10,892 bases of DNA, taken from assembly GCA_019057865.1 (NCBI GenBank), contig JAHLWP010000071.1:1-10892 (forward strand), given 5' to 3'. This document shows, piece after piece, positions 1 to 7,244 of the stretch; position 1 is the stretch's first letter; each line of letters starts with the position of its first letter. The DNA is from Promethearchaeota archaeon. Lineage in GTDB: Archaea; Asgardarchaeota; Lokiarchaeia; Sigyniarchaeales; SOKP01. Made by a program: the position numbers and the translations under genes. The notes under the pieces were generated by a model. It was not told the DNA's origin, made no database searches, and worked only from the letters and a program-made list of their open reading frames with translations.

Positions 1-446
1 TTCTTATTCTCTTGTAAATATTTAATTGCTTTAATTAAAATGAGAGGATTATCAAAAGCATTCCCTAATATTACATTACAGTTATTACATAGAAGCCCTC
101 TAACTTTTCCTGTCCTATGATCGTGATCAATATGTGTGTTTTGTGGAAAATATATTTTGTCAAAATTTCTTCCACATATTAGACATTTACCGTTCTGTCC
201 TTCCATCATTTTCTCATAATCCTCTTTTGTTATGTTGTATCTTTTATATTGATGACGAAATTTATCATATTTTTGTTTACACTCTTTACACCAAAAATCA
301 AGACCATCTTTTGTAGTTCTATTTCTATTGAAAAATTTAGACGTAATGGGAAAAGTTCTTTTACATTTAGTACATTGTTTAAGTTTTTTCCTTTTATCTT
401 TTCCTGACATAAAGTCTTTGAGAATTTTAGTATTTTCATCTTCCAT
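1..446 (-). CDS. Endonuclease VII (T4 gp49-like, His-Me finger) domain protein with an extra N-terminal C4 zinc finger; 3' end runs off the window
   Basis: Not in the ORF track. Manual translation from ATG at 446 is open to base 1: MEDENTKILKDFMSGKDKRKKLKQCTKCKRTFPITSKFFNRNRTTKDGLDFWCKECKQKYDKFRHQYKRYNITKEDYEKMMEGQNGKCLICGRNFDKIYFPQNTHIDHDHRTGKVRGLLCNNCNVILGNAFDNPLILIKAIKYLQENK. The pattern QxGxCxIC...DHDHxTGxVRGLLCxxCNxxLG is the EndoVII signature. Confidence 0.92.
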   Translation of the reverse strand, partial: MEDENTKILKDFMSGKDKRKKLKQCTKCKRTFPITSKFFNRNRTTKDGLDFWCKECKQKYDKFRHQYKRYNITKEDYEKMMEGQNGKCLICGRNFDKIYFPQNTHIDHDHRTGKVRGLLCNNCNVILGNAFDNPLILIKAIKYLQENK

Positions 447-604
447 AATAAATATATATTTTAATACTCATATTAAACAAAAAAGAGTCTGATAGTAAAT
501 CCTTTTTTCAATTATAGTTAACTATTTGATCGTGAAAGGTGGATTTCACGTCATTTTATATATACCAAGATATCATTTCACGAATTTTGTTTAAACTTAA
601 GTAC

Positions 605-1492
605 TCATAAATATTTATTATTGGCTTTAACATATCTACTAAAAAACCAATGGATAAAAAGCATTTCATCTTCTTTTAAGTTTGCATTTTCTAAAGCGTT
701 ATAATAGCTTTGTCGGACTTTATATTCTATATCAAACATAGGATATTTATTTTTATATAAGATATAATTCATAAGTATTCTACACATTCTACCATTTCCA
801 TCTCCAAATGGATGAATTGATACAAATCGAAAATGCATTAAACACGCAAGATAAACAGGATTTAATTTATTTTTATTTTCTTTATACCATTTAAGTAAAT
901 CATCTAAAAGTTCTTCTATTCCTGCCATTGGAGGAACAAATTTACTCCTACTAATTTGAACAGGATACCTTCTGATAATCCCTGCTATTTCTGGTTTTGT
1001 TAATTCAAATATTTTTTCATGCCAATCTAATAATAGTTCCCAGTCTACTTGTCTATCAGAATTAATCATAAGTTCATAAACACTCATGTGAGATTTTGCT
1101 TCAATTATATCATTAGCGGGTTTATTTTTTGGAGTAATATTATCTTCTACAATTAAAGCGACATCTTTAAGAGTTAGACTTGATCCTTCAATTCTATTTG
1201 TATTATGTGTAAAACTGACTCCAAAATTTCTCAAATCTTTTACTTGAATTGGTTTAGGCATTGATTCAAATTCTTTTCTGAAATTTTCTTTTATTTGTTC
1301 AATATTAGATTCCCATCGTTTTTGAAAGATTTCATAATTAAAATCATCTTTAATAAAAGCTAATTCTTCAAGTGAAGGCAATTGATTACCTAAATACTTC
1401 TCAATATGAGGGACTTTTCCTCCTTCTCTATATGAATGTGATAAATAATGATATTTTTTTCCTTTAACTATTCTAGAAATTACTTTTACCAT
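605..1492 (-). CDS. Fic family protein (putative AMP-transferase, class II with an N-terminal inhibitory helix)
   Basis: Canonical Fic motif HPFGDGNGRMCR (HxFx[D/E]GNGRxxR). TNRIEG upstream of the core fits the (S/T)xxxE(G/N) inhibitory motif. Confidence 0.93.
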   Translation of the reverse strand: MVKVISRIVKGKKYHYLSHSYREGGKVPHIEKYLGNQLPSLEELAFIKDDFNYEIFQKRWESNIEQIKENFRKEFESMPKPIQVKDLRNFGVSFTHNTNRIEGSSLTLKDVALIVEDNITPKNKPANDIIEAKSHMSVYELMINSDRQVDWELLLDWHEKIFELTKPEIAGIIRRYPVQISRSKFVPPMAGIEELLDDLLKWYKENKNKLNPVYLACLMHFRFVSIHPFGDGNGRMCRILMNYILYKNKYPMFDIEYKVRQSYYNALENANLKEDEMLFIHWFFSRYVKANNKYL

Positions 1493-1501
1493 AATTAAAA
1501 A

Positions 1502-1553
1502 TTATAACTACAAATATATAAATATTCACCCATTTGGTGATTTGTAGTTATAA
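1502..1553. promoter_or_regulatory. 14-bp perfect inverted repeat bracketing the putative Fic TATA box (candidate operator)
   Basis: TTATAACTACAAAT (1502-1515) and ATTTGTAGTTATAA (1540-1553) are exact reverse complements. Minus-strand TTTATATA lies at 1515-1522, about 22 bp before the Fic ATG. Confidence 0.6.
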
Positions 1554-1591
1554 CTGAAAAATAAAAATCTTTATTGCTATGTAATAAGTAT

Positions 1592-1603
1592 TGAGAAAAA
1601 AGA
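1592..1603 (-). terminator. Oligo-T terminator of the tRNA gene
   Basis: Minus strand reads TCTTTTTTCTC immediately after the discriminator base, typical of archaeal intrinsic terminators. Confidence 0.5.
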
Positions 1604-1675
1604 TGCGCCCTCCGGGAATTGAACCCGGGTCTCGTGGTTGGCAACCACGAATACTTACCGCTGTACTAAGAGCGC
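1604..1675 (-). tRNA. tRNA-Gly (GCC), intronless, CCA not encoded
   Basis: Minus strand: GCGCTCT-TA-GTAC-AGCGGTAA-GTAT-T-CGTGG-TTGCCAA-CCACG-AGAC-CCGGG-TTCAATT-CCCGG-AGGGCGC-A. It folds into a full cloverleaf with anticodon GCC. The A73 discriminator matches archaeal/eukaryotic tRNA-Gly. Confidence 0.97.
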
Positions 1676-1747
1676 CTGATCACCTGATATTAAGATTAAA
1701 AATTCTTTAAAAAATTGAAATTTAATTATTTTTAAAAAATCTTGAAA

Positions 1748-2764
1748 TTAAACAATTTTTGATATTACTTGTTTGATAACATTATTATTGATAAAATGTT
1801 CTAATTCTTGAAGACTGTTAGGTAATCCTTCACGGACACCTATTTCTTTACACTCTAAAAAGGACATAGCTGTTGCCATTTTCGAAGTTTTTTCTAAATC
1901 AAAATTGTTTAAATTTGAAATCAAAATCCCGGCTAAGAATGCATCTCCTGCTCCAGTTGTATCTTCTACATCACCTTGGTAGACACTACTGTTTATGATT
2001 TGTTTCCCATCAGAAATTATAGAACCATTGGGTCCATCTGTAATTGAAATCAAATCAAGTCCTAAGTCTAAGAAATGATGAATCATATGCAGTGTGTCGT
2101 GTTCACCAGTGAACTCTTTTGCTTCTTCCTTATTCAAAGATACTATATCAGAATTAGATATTAATATTTCTGCCCATTTTGGGTTATTTTTAATAATTGA
2201 CATTGAGGGAGCAGCGTAAATCTTACTATTATTATCTTTAGTTAAAGTGATTGCTTTTTCAATTGCCCGACAACCATTCTCAGAGGTTAAAGAAGTCCAA
2301 GCAAACGCTTTTATGTTTTCAAATAACTCTTCTTTTACATCAGAGGGATTTAGTAGATTATTAGCACCTTTATAAGCAAGTATACTCCGGTCTTTCCCCC
2401 AATCTGTTCTTAAAATTACTGATAACGCAGTATTATCCTCATCTGTTTGAATCATGTTAGATAAATCAACACCACGTTTACCTAGATCATCTAAACAAAT
2501 ATTAGCGGAAAAGTCATTACCAATAATACCAATATAAGTGCTTTTTAATCCTAGCATTGCGCAATTTGCTGCAATATTTGCAGCAGAACCTCCAGGAACA
2601 AAACGTACACCGTCAACGTTCAATTTTCTACTGTATTCAATTGCTGTATATTTTTTCACTACATCTTTATCAAAAAGTTCAAAACGTAAAATGTCCTTAA
2701 TTTGAATAATACAATCAAGTGTACAACTACCAATTGTGATTAAATCTAAAGTCATCTTTTTCAC
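1748..2764 (-). CDS. PfkB/ribokinase family carbohydrate or nucleoside kinase
   Basis: PfkB signatures PGGSAANIA and DTTGAGDAF. GTG start at 2764 with an alternative ATG at 2755. The substrate cannot be determined from the sequence. Confidence 0.93.
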   Translation of the reverse strand: MKKMTLDLITIGSCTLDCIIQIKDILRFELFDKDVVKKYTAIEYSRKLNVDGVRFVPGGSAANIAANCAMLGLKSTYIGIIGNDFSANICLDDLGKRGVDLSNMIQTDEDNTALSVILRTDWGKDRSILAYKGANNLLNPSDVKEELFENIKAFAWTSLTSENGCRAIEKAITLTKDNNSKIYAAPSMSIIKNNPKWAEILISNSDIVSLNKEEAKEFTGEHDTLHMIHHFLDLGLDLISITDGPNGSIISDGKQIINSSVYQGDVEDTTGAGDAFLAGILISNLNNFDLEKTSKMATAMSFLECKEIGVREGLPNSLQELEHFINNNVIKQVISKIV

Positions 2765-2867
2765 ATAAAAATAAAATTTTGATTAAAAGAATAATTTTAA
2801 AATAGAAAAGAGGCTTTTAATAATTTTGCTAAGTAAAATATCTAAAAAAATCTAAAATATTAAGATT

Positions 2868-3509
2868 TTATTCGTCAGATTTTAAACGGTTTAATTCCTT
2901 TTCTAATTCGGCTATCTTTTCATCGCTTGTAGCAGATCCGGCAGTTGGGAGTGCCACACCCATCTCCACTTGGATTTCAGCATCTATTTCACCTAATATT
3001 TCGGTTACATCTGAATCTGTCACTGCTGTATCTAATGTAATGGAATCTATGCCTTCTGCTGTTATTTCCTGTGTTACGGCAAAGTCTTCCACGTCAATGT
3101 CGATTTGCTTCATCATTTCTGTGATTTGCGGAATAGATAACTGTCTTTTCAATGCTGCTACTGATTGTGCAATGCCAGTCATAATTTGGGATACATCTTT
3201 AACCGCTTCAGCTTGGTCTAGTTTGAATAATAGACCCTCCATATTTGTTCGAAAGGCATCTATAGCCCTAGATTGCTTTTTTACTTGAAGATAATTTCTC
3301 GCATGGAATTTAGACCCATCCATATCCCCTTGTTTTCGAAGATTTACTGCCTTATCTCTTGCTAACTTTGCACTCATCTCTAACTTTTTAGACTGGCGCA
3401 ACAATCGTTTATTAAAAACCTTTAATTTAACAGTAGCGGAACGGATATTATCCTTTCCCTTACCTCCGGAGAGCCATTTTGAGATATCTTTTAGAAACCC
3501 CATAATCAT
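2868..3509 (-). CDS. ESCRT-III subunit, Vps2/24/46 (CHMP1-3) class
   Basis: N-terminal amphipathic helix (MGFLKDISKWLSG), basic helical hairpin (KAVNLRKQGDMDGSKFHARNYLQVKKQ), acidic C-terminal half, and MIM1-like terminal helix (ELEKELNRLK). Divergent from Vps4. The start could be the second ATG at 3503. Confidence 0.9.
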   Translation of the reverse strand: MIMGFLKDISKWLSGGKGKDNIRSATVKLKVFNKRLLRQSKKLEMSAKLARDKAVNLRKQGDMDGSKFHARNYLQVKKQSRAIDAFRTNMEGLLFKLDQAEAVKDVSQIMTGIAQSVAALKRQLSIPQITEMMKQIDIDVEDFAVTQEITAEGIDSITLDTAVTDSDVTEILGEIDAEIQVEMGVALPTAGSATSDEKIAELEKELNRLKSDE

Positions 3510-3690
3510 CCAAAATTATTAATTATTATATATTATATATAAAAATACGGTATTATATAATTATTTGGAGTCCAATAATTAATTACGGTGTTTAAAGAGT
3601 AAATTTGAAATATGTTTATAGGATTATAATTCTTACTGATAGCTAAATTTAATTAGTTATAAATAAAAAAAAAATTATGATATAGTTATA
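3510..3690. promoter_or_regulatory. Divergent promoter region for ESCRT-III and Vps4-Vps25
   Basis: Minus-strand TTTATATA near 3535-3543 and plus-strand TTATAAAT at 3657-3664, each about 26 bp before a start codon, consistent with leaderless or short-leader transcripts. The region is very AT-rich, so the boxes are tentative. Confidence 0.5.
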
Positions 3691-4908
3691 ATGTCATCAG
3701 TTGATTCAAAACTCTATCAATATGCTGTTAGAGAAGCAAAAGAAGCAGTTGCTTTAGATGGGCGAGGAAAATTTCGGCAGGCAATAAACAAATATCAAAG
3801 AGCTGCCGAAATATTAATGCAATTCATGAAATACAATAAAAATCCTCAAATGCGAATGTTGTGTCAAAAGAACATCGAAGAATATGTTGAGAGAGCTAAG
3901 ATATTAAAATCACAACTTAGTGGAACGCGACCTAGGAGGGCAAGACCTGCTGGAAGACCAAGTATATCAAAGGATGATGAAGGTAAAGCTGATATGGGAG
4001 CAGTTTCGTCAGAAGAACAAGAACTTATTGATATGATATCAGGTACAATTGTAACTGAATCTCCTAAGGTAAAATGGAAAGACATTGCAGGATTAGAAAA
4101 TGTAAAACAGGCATTAAGAGAAGCTATTGTTCTTCCAATAATGAAACCGGAATTATTTATTGGAGCCCGAAGACCTTGGTCAGGAATTTTATTATTTGGC
4201 CCCCCTGGTTGTGGTAAAACATTGTTAGCTAAAGCAGCTGCGACTGAATGTAAAGCTACTTTTTTTAGTGCTTCTTCTGCTGATTTATTAAGTAAATGGT
4301 TAGGGGAAAGTGAAAAGCTAATTAGTTCTTTATTCAAAGTAGCCCGGTTGAAAGCACCTAGTTTAATATTTATGGATGAAATAGATTCAGTTGCGACTAA
4401 AAGAGGAGAAGGATCTGAAAGCGGAGGTGAAAGAAGAGTAAAAACACAACTTTTAAGTGAAATACAAGGTTTAAAATCCACTCACGATAAGCTATTGCTT
4501 GTTTTGGGAGCAACTAACCGTCCTTGGGATATTGATAATGCAATGCTGAGCAGATTTGAAAAAAGAGTGCAGGTACCTCTTCCAGATTTGAAAGCTAGGG
4601 CAGGGATATTTGAAATCCATACTGAAGGTGTGAATTCTGCACTCTCAGATGAAGATTTTATCGAACTAGCTGTAAGAACTGAGGGGTACTCTGGAAGAGA
4701 TATTGCTAATATATGTCGCGAAGTAATTATGCTACCAATTCGAGAATTAGATATGAGTGGTCTCTTAGAGGATTCAGAGAAAGAAGTTAAAGTTAGAGAT
4801 ATAGCAATGAAAGATTTCAAGAAAACTCTTAAAAAAGTTAAACCAATGACTAATAAGGTTTTATTAAAGCAATATAACGATTGGGCAGAAGAATTTGGAG
4901 AAATATAA
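3691..4908 (+). CDS. vps4: Vps4 AAA+ ATPase with N-terminal MIT domain
   Basis: MIT three-helix pattern (AKEAVALD...AINKYQRAAEIL...YVERAKIL), Walker A GPPGCGKT, pore loop SKWLGESEK, Walker B FMDEID, ATNRPWDID...RFEKR, and Vps4-like C-terminal helix (YNDWAEEFG). It appears to lack the eukaryotic beta-domain insertion. Confidence 0.96.
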   Translation: MSSVDSKLYQYAVREAKEAVALDGRGKFRQAINKYQRAAEILMQFMKYNKNPQMRMLCQKNIEEYVERAKILKSQLSGTRPRRARPAGRPSISKDDEGKADMGAVSSEEQELIDMISGTIVTESPKVKWKDIAGLENVKQALREAIVLPIMKPELFIGARRPWSGILLFGPPGCGKTLLAKAAATECKATFFSASSADLLSKWLGESEKLISSLFKVARLKAPSLIFMDEIDSVATKRGEGSESGGERRVKTQLLSEIQGLKSTHDKLLLVLGATNRPWDIDNAMLSRFEKRVQVPLPDLKARAGIFEIHTEGVNSALSDEDFIELAVRTEGYSGRDIANICREVIMLPIRELDMSGLLEDSEKEVKVRDIAMKDFKKTLKKVKPMTNKVLLKQYNDWAEEFGEI

Positions 4909-4914
4909 AATTAA

Positions 4915-5838
4915 ATGGTAAAAATGGAAAAACAAAGAGAAAAACAGAAAGAGGTTCCAAAAGAGCTTAAAGAGAAAGCAGAAAAAGAATTAGAAGAATT
5001 AAGAAATGAGTTAGCAAGATTAAGAAAACTAAAGAAAGAAAAAGAACAAATAGAGCAAAGTAAAGCAAAAGAAGAGTTTGTTGTAAAACAAAAGGAAGAA
5101 CTCGAAACTGATGCAGCAGAAGTTGATGCTTTAAAATATTTAGAAGATAGTTTCGAAAAAATTGAAGATTTATTGAGCTCTGACCTCGGAGAAATAGATC
5201 ATAAAGCATTCAAACAACATGCCAAGCAAATAGAATCGGAACTTCAAATACTTGAAGAAGAAATAGTAGGGGAAGAAGGTCTTATCGTAAAGGAATTATC
5301 ACCTTATGAAAAACTATTACAAGCCTATCCTTGGCTTGAAGAAGAGAGAAAGAAGTTCATGTATGCAATGCCACATAAGAAAAAGAATCTAATTGATTAC
5401 ATTTCTTGGAAAACTGAATGGGCAAAAGTGATCTTTGATTATGCTAGATTTGCGGTTCTTCATATTTTATATATTAGAAATCTTAATTCTGAAAAACCTT
5501 TTTCTAATTTTACTAATCGAGAAGTGTATATAAGAGAAATTGCAGAAGAGTTGGTAAATAAAAATCAAGCAAAGTGGTTATCAAAGAAAAAAAATAGACT
5601 AAGAGTCTATTGGAAGTCGCTTGAATTATTTTCAGATGAAATTTATGAATGGGCTTATCAACAAGGAAGATTAGAGCCTATTATGATCTATGAAATCAGA
5701 GAAGCGAAATCTGAAGATTTTAGTAATCTTCCTCTAGAAGATTTGGAAGAGCTTTTTAGAATCTTAGTAAAAAATCGCAAAGCTAAGATTTTTAAGTTGG
5801 AAGATGGACAATTAGCCTTTAAAATTACATTAGAGTAA
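4915..5838 (+). CDS. vps25: ESCRT-II Vps25-like protein with a long charged N-terminal coiled-coil extension
   Basis: The C-terminal ~170 aa resemble the Vps25 tandem winged helices (FMYAMP...EWAKVIFDY; VYWKSLELFSDEIYEW...IYEI...FSNLPLEDLEELFRILVKNRKAKI). It starts 6 bp after vps4, suggesting co-transcription. Confidence 0.82.
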   Translation: MVKMEKQREKQKEVPKELKEKAEKELEELRNELARLRKLKKEKEQIEQSKAKEEFVVKQKEELETDAAEVDALKYLEDSFEKIEDLLSSDLGEIDHKAFKQHAKQIESELQILEEEIVGEEGLIVKELSPYEKLLQAYPWLEEERKKFMYAMPHKKKNLIDYISWKTEWAKVIFDYARFAVLHILYIRNLNSEKPFSNFTNREVYIREIAEELVNKNQAKWLSKKKNRLRVYWKSLELFSDEIYEWAYQQGRLEPIMIYEIREAKSEDFSNLPLEDLEELFRILVKNRKAKIFKLEDGQLAFKITLE

Positions 5839-5851
5839 TAAAATAAGAAAT

Positions 5852-6565
5852 TTATAACGATGGGAAAAACCACTGTTTTCCTGTAAGCACAGATTCTCTA
5901 AATTTTGCAATCCCGCTCTTTTCGAGCGAATCTAATGCTCTAAGAGCACGATCTTGAGACCATTCTAGATTAACACATACATCCTCAATTGTAAGGTAAT
6001 CTTTTTGTTTAGCTAATTCAATTACTTTAGCTTCGTCATCCGTGTATTGAATAGGGAAAAATCGAATCATGATTGCTCCTGAATCTAATTGGTATATATC
6101 TTCAATTGCCCTTGCTTTCTTCATAAGTTTCATGGACTTTTCTATATCCTTAATCTCCATGTTGCCTTTTAATATTCCTGTATTAACTAAATCAAAAACT
6201 TCTAACAATGGAATTATACCCCCCGTTTCTTCTTTAGCCATTAAAACCCTCTGGTATGCTAGCATCCCTAATTTCTGATAATCGATTTTAGAAAACTTTT
6301 TTAAAACATCATGCTCAGTTATTTGCTCAGTTATAATTTTTGAAGTAGGAATATTATATTTCTTTTGTAATTTTTTAACTTCCTCTCTTAATTCAGGAGT
6401 TAAAGCTAATAGTATGCCATGTTTTTTAGCTAATTCTCTTAATCTATCTTTTGTAAACTTTTCAACAGCAACTTTAGCTTGCATGTCCTTCATTTTTATC
6501 TCAGCCGCTTTTTTCTTCATTGCTTCTCTTAAGTCAATCTCGTCTTCAATCTTCCGAATACCCAT
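5852..6565 (-). CDS. vps22: ESCRT-II Vps22/Vps36-like (EAP30 domain) protein
   Basis: Vps22/SNF8-like segments: LAKKHG...PELREEV, YQKLG...ETGGIIPLLEV, and DEAKVIELA...LEWSQDRALRALDSLEKSG. Convergent with vps25 across a 13-bp gap. Confidence 0.85.
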   Translation of the reverse strand: MGIRKIEDEIDLREAMKKKAAEIKMKDMQAKVAVEKFTKDRLRELAKKHGILLALTPELREEVKKLQKKYNIPTSKIITEQITEHDVLKKFSKIDYQKLGMLAYQRVLMAKEETGGIIPLLEVFDLVNTGILKGNMEIKDIEKSMKLMKKARAIEDIYQLDSGAIMIRFFPIQYTDDEAKVIELAKQKDYLTIEDVCVNLEWSQDRALRALDSLEKSGIAKFRESVLTGKQWFFPSL

Positions 6566-6651
6566 AATTTAAATATCCCTTGCTAATTTTTTAATTAATT
6601 TAATGATTATTATAAAACAATTATCTTATTTCTATTTTATTTTAATTACTT

Positions 6652-7233
6652 ATGATTGATACAAAAAAGTTTAGAGAAATAAATGAAACTGAGAAGGGAA
6701 TTATTACTGATTCAGTTTTAAAAATTTCTACCAAAATCTTATCAGTTCTTAAAAAAATTGACTATAAGATCTATATTGCTTTAGTTAATAAAACCTCTAA
6801 AAATAATTACCCTTCTATTTTTTTAATCCCCAACAATCTTACTAAAAACTTAGTTAAATTTCAGCAAGATATCAGCGTTAATTCCGTAGGTCTTTATTTT
6901 GGTTTTATAAAAAAAGGAGAATTTTACCTAAGCTTAGAAGGAGCAGAATTTCTGCTTAAATCAGGTTGCTTTTCAAAAAATCAAGAATTATATGTTAATA
7001 GGAATGGAGAAAAGTCGATTTTATATGGAAATAGAATTTCAAAAAGTATGATTGAAAAAATTCCTACAGGATTACAAAAAAATGCTTTTTTATTAGTTTT
7101 TAATCTAACCAATGAATTGATTGCTATTGCTAAGTCTCAAGTGAATTATGTAACATATGAAAATCTTAATCTAAAAGATCCAATAGCTATAAATTTAGTT
7201 GATAAAGGATATTATTTACGAAAAAAACAATGA
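6652..7233 (+). CDS. nip7: Nip7-like ribosome biogenesis protein (C-terminal PUA domain)
   Basis: SVGLYFGFIKKGEFYLSLEG, VNRNGEKSILYGNRI, VFNLTNELIAIA and terminal DKGYYLR match Nip7 family motifs. Confidence 0.88.
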   Translation: MIDTKKFREINETEKGIITDSVLKISTKILSVLKKIDYKIYIALVNKTSKNNYPSIFLIPNNLTKNLVKFQQDISVNSVGLYFGFIKKGEFYLSLEGAEFLLKSGCFSKNQELYVNRNGEKSILYGNRISKSMIEKIPTGLQKNAFLLVFNLTNELIAIAKSQVNYVTYENLNLKDPIAINLVDKGYYLRKKQ

Positions 7234-7244
7234 AAAGAAATTTA

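Noticed and set aside
134-439. Track ORFs 134..316 (+) and 230..439 (-)
   Set aside because: Both overlap the EndoVII gene in other frames and show no motifs.
3654-3691. TAGTTATAA occurs twice in the vps4 promoter and also within the Fic inverted-repeat arms
   Set aside because: An AT-rich 9-mer overlapping TATA-like sequence; chance or general promoter composition explains it, so shared regulation is unsupported.
3864-4820. Two consecutive antisense ORFs (205 and 112 aa) opposite vps4
   Set aside because: They are the in-register antisense mirror of a conserved gene, are Ser/Leu-rich and carry no recognisable motif.
3040-6278. Short antisense ORFs 3040..3288, 4967..5209, 5688..5873 and 6069..6278
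   Set aside because: Shadows of ESCRT genes. The hydrophobicity of 4967..5209 reflects the A-rich Glu/Lys codons on the coding strand.
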